DNA of 64,000 nucleotides from Balanoglossus misakiensis (taxonomy: Eukaryota > Animalia > Hemichordata): positions 6,265,129 through 6,329,128 of the forward strand of contig CM082576.2 in the NCBI GenBank assembly GCA_040954595.2, in the 5' to 3' direction. Positions 27,001-38,000 of the stretch are shown piece after piece. Position 1 is the stretch's first letter. Every line of letters starts with the position of its first letter. The position numbers and the translations under genes are program-made. The notes beneath the pieces are model-generated. The model was given only the letters and a program-made list of their open reading frames with translations. It was not told the origin of the DNA and made no database searches.

Positions 27001-29078
27001 GATGGTGATCTATAAGTCTGTTTGGCGAGATCAAATGTTTGGCGCGGGTAATGTTGTTCATATTGGGTCAGGAAAGTGGACATGTTCCAAAATGTGCAGC
27101 CTCACAGAAAACTGATCAACATTTACATACAGTACTCCCAAGACACTTTGACCAACTCAGCTTGCATGCATGTATTGGACACTCCTGCTTGTGGAATAGC
27201 CCTCAGCTTACAGAACCACCTGTCACACCCAATACTGACCTAGCACAGAGGGTCTGAAGTAATCTGTCTGGATTATATAGTCTGATTTTGAAAAAATTTG
27301 CACAATTTTTACAATTAAGGTGGAACAGCCATCACTGCATCTACCTTTGCAAAAACAGGGAGGGGACTTGGCATTTCTAACTCCCCACAATTTCTGTAGA
27401 GATTTATTTAACCATTCGGATAGATATCCATAAAAGACACCAACTCTCTCCTAAATAAATATGCTGGTTATTTTCCCCAGAATAAGTAAACATTTCTTAA
27501 GGCTGTCTTCATTTCATTTCACTTCAAGCAAGTTTGATTCCTTTAGGTTTGAATACTGGACACACAATGTCTGTTTCACCTGATGGACCATTTCCTTGCA
27601 GATAATTATGAAGAATAGGGCAATTTTTCAGATGTCGCATTTTGTCATTACATTTCAGTACACTATAAGTGATGACACTACGTCTTGTCATTGGCATCAT
27701 TTATTCAATCACAAAATGGAAGTACAATGCCAGTACAGCAGAAAGAAGGGAAACAATCACAGTGCAATGACGGCATTAGTAAACAGATGGCTGGTCCCTT
27801 ATACAATGGCCTACAGGTCTTCTTGAAAAGTGAATCAGGTTGTGGGAGAGAAAGAAAGACAGTGTTATTATTGGTAACCACGATTTCTTTGCTCATTATA
27901 GAGCTAGACACAAGTTTATTTTGAGCTGCAATACCCAATGTTCTCAGTTTTTTTAATGAAGCTGCACATGTTTTGCCATATAAAAGTTTGACATGACACA
28001 TCACGCATGCTTCTATGGGTTATGGGATTATTAATTGAAGTGTTACTCTGATATAATCCACCATAATTACATTACATAATTAGCATTTTTGAAATTATAT
28101 TATACCCCACCCTCTTGCAAAAAATAGACAAGGTCACATGTTCAATGCAGCCTTCAAATATATTACAGCAAATTAAGGGAAGGGGGGGGGGGGAGGGCAC
28201 TGTCCATGACCTCTGACCTACCCTTTGGAGGTTCTTGACAAGTGTGTCCACATCCATTGGAGCAGCATTTCTTTGTTCCTGGACACGACACATCATTGGT
28301 ACATTCCTCGCTACAGATACTGATTTGATCACTGTCTATGACTGGGCAGGAACCTGGCTTGCTCCCTGCAGAAGGCAGAGAGAGTGAGAGAAAGAGAAAG
28401 AGAGAGAGTGAGACACATTATGAATGGAACAAGCGACTGCCAAGAAGTACACACATAAAAAAAACAGTCTTTAAACTTTCCCAGAAACATATACTTCAAG
28501 AAACATTCTGCTATTCTCTCTTCAAGAATGTAACTCAAGAGTGACCTTGCAAATGTTTAGATGATGTCCAACTTATTTCAAAATTTCCAAAATTTTACTC
28601 TGTCTGGGCTATATGGAGAGAGAACAATGAACAAGCAGTCTTCCAGTGTGATTTTTGGGTTGATGGCCTATCAAAACTAAAACTGTATACATTGTTCTAA
28701 TTCTGCCCATATTTCATAAAGGACAATGTAATATGTATATAAACATGTGATCATCACCTGGTTAATGTGCAACAAAGTTGAAAAGAGTGTACACAATTAG
28801 AACACGCCATCAGCCCAATTATCACTCTTGTTTGCTCAATTTTTAGCGATAACAAGTACACGTATGCCATCACACCACACATTATTTATATGCTGTTATT
28901 GTACATGTAGGTCAAAAATATACTTTGTCAAAATTTCAGTTGACAGGAGTGTACAGAATCTGAATACGCACCACAGTTGCAGTAAAAGAAGTCTTTATAG
29001 CTTATTATACTTACTTTCTTCATCGATTGCCAACACCAAAACCACTGAACACACCAACACAATTAACTGTAACCTCAT
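19092..29078 (-). CDS. Gene A: uncharacterised type I membrane protein (SP, 3 WAP, antistasin-like, 4 thyroglobulin type-1, 4 8-Cys modules, SEA-like, TM, short tail)
   Basis: Signal exon 29078-29015 (MRLQLIVLVCSVVLVLAIDEE). WAP ~28365-28222, ~26531-26411, ~24582-24446 (KPGxCP...KCCxNGC). TY ~26037-25810, ~24262-23849, 23039-22128, ~21094-20910 (QC...CWC). Antistasin-like ~25622-25488. 8-Cys modules ~25019-24840, ~23480-23315, ~21887-21720, ~21414-21241. SEA-like ~20603-19700. TM IIIAVVVIVLIVCVVGAVVGYL. Tail exons 19415-19347 and 19142-19092 (...PAPENA*). Confidence 0.85.
24043..24076 (+). repeat. (CAT)n microsatellite
   Basis: About 11 tandem CAT units in a gene A intron. Confidence 0.95.
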
Positions 29079-29777
29079 GACGACCTGAAAACAAAGGAAA
29101 ATATTGAGTGGAACTCTTTATTACTGCAGTATGTTATTAGAGTGCCATTTTCTGTCTGGTTAATTATGACAGACTTTATTCATTCTCTAGGTTGCTATTC
29201 TCAAACGCATCCCATCAATACCCTTTACCTTGATAAGAAATAATGGAGGGATGCAAGACTCAAATAGATCAATAAAACCAGTAACAAACCTTAAGTCATA
29301 TGTACAGGTGCTAGGAAGAATATACCATATTTTTTTCATTTTTTTCTACCATAAAATTATACTGCAATTTACACTCTTTGATCCCAGTAGTAATGTATTA
29401 CCACACTTTGTAGTTTCACTATTGCTTTGTGCATACTGTATATATAGCCACTGGTGCTGGGTACAGATTTGAGATATATCACTTAATTTACGAATATGTA
29501 AAGCCACGATAAATTTTAATAACCCACAAACATCACAATACATCAATTAACATTCAGGATGTCTGCTTTGATGTTTCCTATCATTTCCTGTGGGCAAATT
29601 TACTGCAAATAGTGTGCAATGCTTACAGGCATGCATATATAAAGATTGGCCATAAGTTTGGGTGCTCTATTAATTTATTCTGCCATTCTGCGATATGTCC
29701 ACGGGCTAGGGTGGCAGTAGCAAAACTCTGTGAACTCAGGTGACACCCACATACTGTGATGCATCTGTGCCATTAAC

Positions 29778-29885
29778 TGCAATAGCTGTAGAGCCTTGGT
29801 GGGATGGTTGGGTGGCTGGATCGCGCTGATGGCCCCACCATCCAGCCACCCACCCATCAGCCCACCAAGGCTACAATTATTGCAG
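29778..29885. repeat. Imperfect ~105-bp palindrome (possible MITE remnant)
   Basis: CTGCAATA..AGCCTTGGTGGG..GGGTGGCTGGAT pairs with ATCCAGCCACCC..CCCACCAAGGCT..TATTGCAG. Confidence 0.65.
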
Positions 29886-30056
29886 CCAGTGTGCCATCAT
29901 CTACAAGGTTCTGAACTTTAGCAGTGCAGACACCCTCCAGTTGATCAAATATTCTGGACGGTACTGCACTCAAACCATCCATGATTTAATATGCCATACA
30001 CAGCCACTTTGAGAGTTCAATTGCAACTTGTATGCTCCGTCATGAACTGCAGTATG

Positions 30057-30146
30057 CAGCATGGATAGCTCTGGACTTATACGCTGTGTGGGGACGGAGA
30101 GCAGCGTAGACCCAAACAGCGTATAAGTCCAGAGCTACAGCATGGA
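30057..30146. mobile_element. 72-bp mini-MITE with 22-bp terminal inverted repeats and a 9-bp target-site duplication
   Basis: TAGCTCTGGACTTATACGCTGT (30066-30087) and ACAGCGTATAAGTCCAGAGCTA (30116-30137) form a perfect IR, flanked by direct repeats CAGCATGGA at 30057-30065 and 30138-30146. Confidence 0.8.
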
Positions 30147-30749
30147 TAACTAACAGATGTAGTGGAAAATTATTATCAGATAAGACTTTATACCATGGGT
30201 ATTGAACACATCCCAGAAAAGTGTTTTCCTTTGAAGATCATCAGTTACATTTCTGCTTTTTGTACACCACGGTCAGTGTGTGGAGTAAACTGTACAGTAA
30301 TCAGTTCCTTCATAATCTGGTCAATTTCACAGTACAGTCTTTATGTCTCAGTACTAGTAGGACAGACTATGTACTGTTTTTTTCCCGGAATATTCTGTAA
30401 CTGGCCATGTTGACTAAAATGTAAACACTGACTAACTCATGGTCTCCACGCACACCCAACGATTTTGCTTGTACATAATGATCAGAACAATTTTCAGTCT
30501 TCGTTTTTTGTTTATCAAATCCATATATTCCTTACATATCACTTCCAACCCTATGCAAATGTTGGGCCGACTGCAGTGCATAGTACATAATTTACCATAT
30601 TTAATAAGCGACACATGTGCGTTTCATAATCGTTCAATATACTCTGTGAACAAGTTCAAATAAAATTCACATTGCGCCCGGGCCCCACAGACATAAAAAC
30701 GTGACACAAAACAACTTTCTCGCTTCACATCACGGCAAGAAATACACAT

Positions 30750-30985
30750 TACCTCACTTAATGCCGCTGTATGGACTCTTTAGTTTCGATTACTGGCTTC
30801 TGCGTAGAGTTCACGCCTTCTTATATTTTCAAACATCAGACCATACACAATTTAAATACGGAAGTGATCATGTCATCAATATATCATGACTACCGATGTC
30901 AGGTGATATGCAAATATATGCGTGAAGAGCGCCCTCGGTTACTGTACTGAATTTTTTTTACAGTCACACGATATGAGTCATCATC
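30750..30985 (-). promoter_or_regulatory. Putative promoter and non-coding first exon of gene A
   Basis: Minus-strand donor GAG|GTAATG at ~30752, TATA-like TATTTAAA 30851-30858, octamer ATGCAAAT 30908-30915, AP-1-like TGAGTCA 30974-30980. The ATG exon of gene A is preceded by an acceptor, so an upstream UTR exon is expected. Confidence 0.5.
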
Positions 30986-32017
30986 GCAGCTGTTGTTGTT
31001 TTACAATTTTGTTTTTGGATGAATATTAAATTTCTTTATATGAAACAAAGACCTGTTGTGTGTGTGTTTGTCAATAACGTGCTGTACTGTCTTTGGAAGT
31101 TTATTTAAGAAATGTTTAATAAAGTTTCTGATACTCTACTAGAACGCCGCTAGTCCAAATACATGTGGATCTCATCAGACGATACACGTGACACGAAGAG
31201 TTATGATAATGTCGCCTTTATTGCATGTCACCTGTCAAAGTAGCTCTTAATACACGCCTCTCATATAACAAACAACTCATTTTCAAGGTGTCATTTTTGA
31301 TATCAGCTTTCTGGCTTAAACACGCGAATACACACGCTGAACCATGCACATATAAACAGGACATCCGCTACTTCGAAAGACTTAGAGAAAAGTACCCTTA
31401 TACAAAGTAACATCTATGCGATTAAACCAGTAATCCACTCTTCTTGGGTAACTATGGGGCTTTCAATTAATCATTTGTAATAAATTGCATATATACAATC
31501 ATAATCAGATACAGCAATTATGCTATTATTTTTACTTCCACCAGGGAAGGTACGTAATGTGACAAATCAAAATCAGAATTAAAATGTATTGTAGCTTCAT
31601 ACAATAAGGAAAATTAAATTTAATATTTACCCCAGTGCAACCGACACTTCTTCAGTGAACAAAGTTTATGTGTCGGTGCTTTTGCTGAATATACAGGTAT
31701 ATGTAAATACAAATGTGGTATTTAAAAAAAAAACATTTTCTGCAATTCAGTGTATATATAGTCGACTGAGTTGTTCCACAAATTTAAGTAGCTAGGCCTT
31801 TGACCTTTAACACCATATCTAAAAGCAAACATTCAGTCATGGTGACAGTTTCAACAACCGGAAAATTGGTAAATACAGGGTAAATACAAGAGCAGTCAAA
31901 ATATTAAAACCACGCCATATATATGGCAGGTATGCATAGTTTATTTGCTTGTGTCGCGGATATTGGTCTCAAGGCACTTGTATGACGGATTCTAGTGCGT
32001 CTGCTTCCCGTCGTCTG

Positions 32018-35000
32018 CTACACCTTGCTGTTTTCTCCGACAGCATCACCTTTGACATAGGTTTCATTGTCAAAGGCGTTGACGATTTCACGTGGTGTAG
32101 TATGCTGCAATGAAAATGAGAGTGAGATAATGATCATTTTGGACAGCAAGAAAAAACACATTTGGGGGTGGGGTGGGTGTTACACCATATTTAACCCATT
32201 AACAGGATTGTCATCATGCATCATACATAGATACATACAAATCAGATTGTCAATAAGTTTGTACCTTTCCATTAGCATGGTAGTCCCTCTGTCGAGATGC
32301 CCGTCTTCTGTCTTTACATGACCCAGCAATCTTTAAAAAGCAATTGAGTATATATAAGTCATGAAAGCTCTCTACAACATTAGCCATGTATGTCGACATC
32401 AATGTAAACTGTCATCCTTGCTTCACCACATTTATATATGGATAGTATGGTTACATCCATTTTAAGGAACCCAAAGTTAATTCTATGTTTAATGGTCGTT
32501 GTAACATTGTTAAAATCAAACTGGAATTTTTTTAAAATAAAAAGACTTACCAAACATGTGATGAACATGATTAAAACCAAAACGAAGAGGACAGCCGCAA
32601 TGATGCCAACGATGATGAGGATTTGTTTGGTGTCATTCTCTTTATCAACGGGTCTCGCCTTCTGGTACTCTTTCTCGAAGACTGCCGTTGAGTGGTCGGC
32701 TTGATACTCTGTCCCATCGAAGACAAATGTGTACTCTTCAATCTGATAAGACATCATGAGAGTCGAGAGCAGAAGTGACCACCATGTATATGTAGTAACA
32801 TAAGAAAACAACCCGTACTGTCACATAGACCGATTGGGGGCGCTGCACACCTAACATTTATGACATCGAATCACACCTTGGTGAAAAACGTGACCAAGAA
32901 TGTTGACATGTCCACGTGCCGTTACCATTTCTTTGTTATGCTATTCAACGTAAACGGTTAACATATTAATAAATTAAGCTGATTATTTCCTTTGTACTGA
33001 GAGACATTACAGGAAAATTTAAATAGAGCTTTTGCCAAATATGAAAATTACCCTATTTTCCATGTTAGACACCACTGTTTCGATGTTAACGTCCGAGTCT
33101 TCACTAGCTTGCAAATCAAAGCCGACTCTGATGCTACCCCTGGAAATCTGCAAAAGAGAATACAGCGCTGGAAATGTAACTGTCCGACCAAGAACATATA
33201 CATGCACGATCCCCTCCCAACCCCATCCCCTCTCAAAAATATAGATGCTTTCATTTCAACATGAAGAAAACACACAAACGAATACAAGTTTCAATCTTTA
33301 TATCACAATGGGGTAACATGTGAATACATCATACGTTTACGTTTCATTGGTAGAAATTGCAAAGTACAGACTGTGGCTGACACATACCTGGAGGTTGGTA
33401 ATTGTACTTTCTGGTACTCTGAAGTTGGCAGAAATGCTCGTCTTCAGTTCTCTGGAGAGAGAAAAAATTTGGAACGTTACACAAACTGGTCAGGAAACAT
33501 ACAAAACATGAAACCGCATGAATATTTAGGCATCTGCAGTAAATGTTAATTGCTCTGGTTCACGATGGTACTACGTACACCTTAAATTCCTCTTCTTTGC
33601 CCACGATGTCGTCATAGCTACCAGCAAGCTTGAACGTTACAGACACTTTCCTGAAAGAGTAGGCGATAACACACATTAAAGAGTAAGATTAAAACAGTAC
33701 ATGACACAATATGAACAACTCGGAAGGGTGCACAAATATGTGTACCCATACAAAGCATTTCGGGTAATATTTCGGTTAAAATAGCGTCACTTCCCCGATA
33801 CAGATTGGTATCATTTCAATTTCGATAATGCAATCAGGCAAACCTGTCGACCGACACTTTCTGGGTCTATGACGTTGTAACCCACGTGTCCCGATCAACA
33901 TCTGGGCAACTTGTACAAAGTGGGGACTTTTCTGTGAAAACAAAACAACTGCAGCCAGTTGACGACTTTGCCGCTAAATTGCGACTCCGACGATAACAGC
34001 GCATGGAGTATTAAACACTTACTCTAATTCCCGATCGGGATCTGTTGATAAGGACGTCAGGATTGGATCATGAAATAAAGCAAAAAAGGGCAAGTCAGCA
34101 AGATTCCACTTTCATCTCTGCATTGAGTTTGAACTTCTACTTACAAATTACTTTAGTACTTTTCCATGTACTATTTTCGTTTACCATGTATGTCGATCAC
34201 ACTTGCAAAACTTGGTTTCCAACCGCCATGGAAATCGATAAAAATGGACAAGGAAGTTGAGACTAGTATCAGTCCAAGTACAATTATAAACAGGAAAATG
34301 ATCCCATGGCGAACAGTGACATGACAGTGTTTTATGACGGCAGAGACGAGAAAGGGTATTTGCAATACTTACTGCAACCACTGGTATCGAAGCAGACCCA
34401 GTCATTGTTATTGCAGACACTGCAAGACAAGAAGGCTACAGTTAATAACAAGGACGAAAAGAGTTGTATTTTTTAAATATTTTAACGACTAATTGGATCC
34501 GACATTCTCCCACTACACTTAACTGTGGCATAAATTCCGAAGTGTCACCACTCACCATTTTTCACAGCCCGATTCTCTGTACTCCGCATTCTTGAAATGA
34601 ATTCCGGAGTGGTTACACGATGTTGTATCGCCTAAAGGGGGATTGAAAGAAATCATGATAAATCATAAATGTACAAAAATAAAACAAAGCATGGACGATT
34701 TGAGCCGGCTCTACTACATGTATAATGCGTCTGTTGCGGGGCACGGTTTTCAGATATATTGTCCGATATATAGTGGGGAGGTTGAGGACCCAGTCTGATA
34801 TAAAAGCCCGGCCAAGGCGCGAAGCACCTATAGGACTTTTATCTTCGTTCACCTGAGTGAGACCCCAAACGTGGCTAAGTCTGTAACTCTAACAGTTATT
34901 CACGCTACTCACCACAGAATATCAGTGTACATGCCATCATGCCATTATAGCAAGTGCTGTAAGAAGGAACAACGAACGGGAATGAGAAAATCGCTGGTTG

Positions 35001-38000
35001 TATATGACGTTTATATACGTTTAAGAACTAGACGATATGAGTATGCACTACCGAAAGCCAAATAGTACACACGTATAAACATTCTGACACAAAAGCATTA
35101 AGTTTAAACTTACTTGTGAACCTTTTCAATCAAGAGAACAGTGCCAGTGACAAGCGCTAATGAATTGTGGTGGTTAATAGGCAAACTTACCAAGTGTTAC
35201 AGCCATCCGCTTCAACTGTTTGACCGTGGATGTAACGCTCTCCATCAGTGTGCTCACATGAGTCCTTACCTAAATATAAAAATATTTTTAAAAAATAATT
35301 TCAGAACTACAGGACAGTGGGTCGGGGTAGTGATGAAGTATGGTATAAAATGAAGCAATATGCTGAAATAAAATCAGAACATGAAGTACGAAAATCGGAA
35401 TGGTTCATCATTGAAGCGGACTGTGTTTACTCACATTCGACAGGCATGTCGTTCTCGTCGTAAAATACAGCATTACAGGCACCGCAGTTATTGGCCCTGC
35501 ACATGGCTTCGGGGTGCTGATCGCATCTTGCCATCTCACACGGATCACGGTGGCACTCAACAGGTGGCAAGCCGCCTGGACAGGCAAGCGGATCTTCAGG
35601 GCAGCAGACCGCGTACCTGTCGTCGGGCGCAATGTTGCATTGGTGTCGCTCTGGACATGTGACTGAGTTCGGCCCGAGCCCACAGAAAAGCTCCCTGCCG
35701 TAGACGTCCTTAGCGGGCAGGCCATACTGACACGGATTCACTGCAAGGAATAGAGCGATAAAATAACATTAGGTAATACACTTTTTAAAGTAGAAACATG
35801 GTTTTGATTGTATCTGGTCTTCCAGTTGGAGCACGTCTACTTTACATACATACCTTCCCGTTCCTCAGGACAGCAGACCGCGTATCTGTCGTCGGGCGCA
35901 ACGTTGCACTGGTGTCGCTCTGGACATGTGACTGAGTTTGGCCCGAGCCCACAGAAAAGCTCCCTGCCGTAGACGTCCTTAGCAGGCTGGCCATAATGAC
36001 ATGGATTCACTGCAAGGAATAGAGCGATAAAATAAAATTAGGTAATAAACTTTTTAAAGTAGAAACATGGTTTTGATTTTATCTGGTCTTCCAGTTGGAG
36101 CACGTCTACTTTACATACATACCTTCCCGTTCCTCAGGACAGCAGACCGCGAAACTGTCGTCGGGCGCAACGTTGCACTGGTGTCGTTCTGGACATGTAA
36201 CTGAGTTTGGCCCGAGCCCACAGAAAAGCTCCCTGCCGTAGACGTCCTTAGCAGGCTGGCCATAATGACATGGATTCACTGCAAGGAATAGAGCGATAAA
36301 ATAACATTAGGTAATAAACTTTTTAAAGTAGAAACATGGTTTTGATTTTATCTGGTCTTCCAGTTGGAGCACGTCTACTTTACATACATACCTTCCCGTT
36401 CCTCAGGACAGCAGACCGCGAAACTGTCGTCGGGCGCAACGTTGCACTGGTGTCGATCTGGACATGTCACTGCGTTTGGCCCGAGCCCACAGAAAAGCTC
36501 ACGACCGTAGTCGTCCTTGGCGGGCAGGCCATACTGACACGGATTCACTGCAAGGAATAGAGCGATAAAATAACATTAGGTAATATTATACACGAAAAAG
36601 TAAGAAGACAAATGGCGAAATGCACACATGTCAATAGTATAAGAGTAACGGCAAATGAGAAACAACACCTGTGTGTTACAAAGATATTTTCATTACCACC
36701 TCGAATAGGAGCATTCGTTCTTTTACTTACTTTGAGATTCCTCGCACCAGCGCCCAACAAAACCAGTCGGACATTCACAAACACCGTTTCTGCACATCCC
36801 TCCGTTTTGACACTGAGCCGTGTTGGCAGTTCCACAGACAGGTTCTGCAACTGTATTGGTGAGAATTCAGGTTTCTGAGATTAATCAACTGGCACATTTT
36901 TACTGCGGTGGAACGACAGCAATTTGTAATGGGCCACTGTACCTTTCCAGCGAGCAGTGTTTTTTTTATATTGAGATTTGTAGAATTATCGTTTAGGACA
37001 TACCAGTATAACATTTTCAGATGAAGAATGACCGAATTCTTCATCTCGCAACGAACAATTTCAATGGACTTACCGGGTGCCGAGCACATCTTGAAACACC
37101 CGTTTGAACAGCACTTCAGTTCGTCCACACAATCCCTGTCATCAGAACACTCATCTCGGACTTCGCCACAGTCAATTGGTGAAACGTGGCGGCACATACC
37201 CGGTTTTGGATGATACACTGAAAACGTAGTAAAAAGTTGGAGTCGAGTCGGTTTACATAACGTGAATCTAACATCTAGTATTTTAACTTGGAGAGATCGA
37301 AAAATGTTGCTTTCTAAAATATCTCATTCCATGAAGGGTTTACATGGACAAAACGTTGCCAACTGCCGCTGTTCGTTGATAGCGATGCGGCCAAAATGGC
37401 CGTGTAAACTGCAGTACCACACAATGTTACTGTATTGATCAACTTTTGAAAGTAGAGACATTGCTATTTCACTAGTATCTGGTCCTCCAGTTCGAGCACA
37501 TGTACTTCACATACATACCTTCCCGTTCTTCACACAACCGCCCAACAAATCCATTCGGACATGCACAGACACCATTTGTGCATATTCCTCCATTTTGACA
37601 GGGAGGAGTGTTGGGGTTTCCACAAACAGGCTCAGGAACTATAATATTATAGAAAAGATCCAAATTAGTAAGAAATAAAAGCATTGCTTCTCACTGACAG
37701 ATCATAGATGTTTTGAGGCAAACATTGATAGTCATTGTGAGCCAGTTCATTTGACTATAATGGTGGCGTAATATAAAAACTTCCTTCATCCTTACCATCA
37801 CAATCTAATCGTCTGCCTTGTGAATCATAGAAATATGCAAAACAACCGCCGCAGTAGTTTGCAACGCATCGAGCGCCTGGGTGGGCGACACACGTTTCAA
37901 CTTCGCACGGATTTGCAAAACAGAAAACTGGCTGTTGCCCGTCAGGACAGAGTGGACAGCATACGCCATATTGGACATTGTCAGAAGCAGGTTGACAGAA

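Noticed and set aside
19092-29078. Gene A as thyroglobulin, nidogen, SMOC or testican
   Set aside because: No cholinesterase-like, NIDO/G2, Kazal or EF-hand regions were seen, and it has a TM helix.
35590-36585. CRISPR-like or satellite array
   Set aside because: The 269-bp units are exon+intron duplications with intact splice sites and open reading frames in a eukaryotic gene; the 18.1-18.7 kb cluster also lacks constant repeats and regular spacers.
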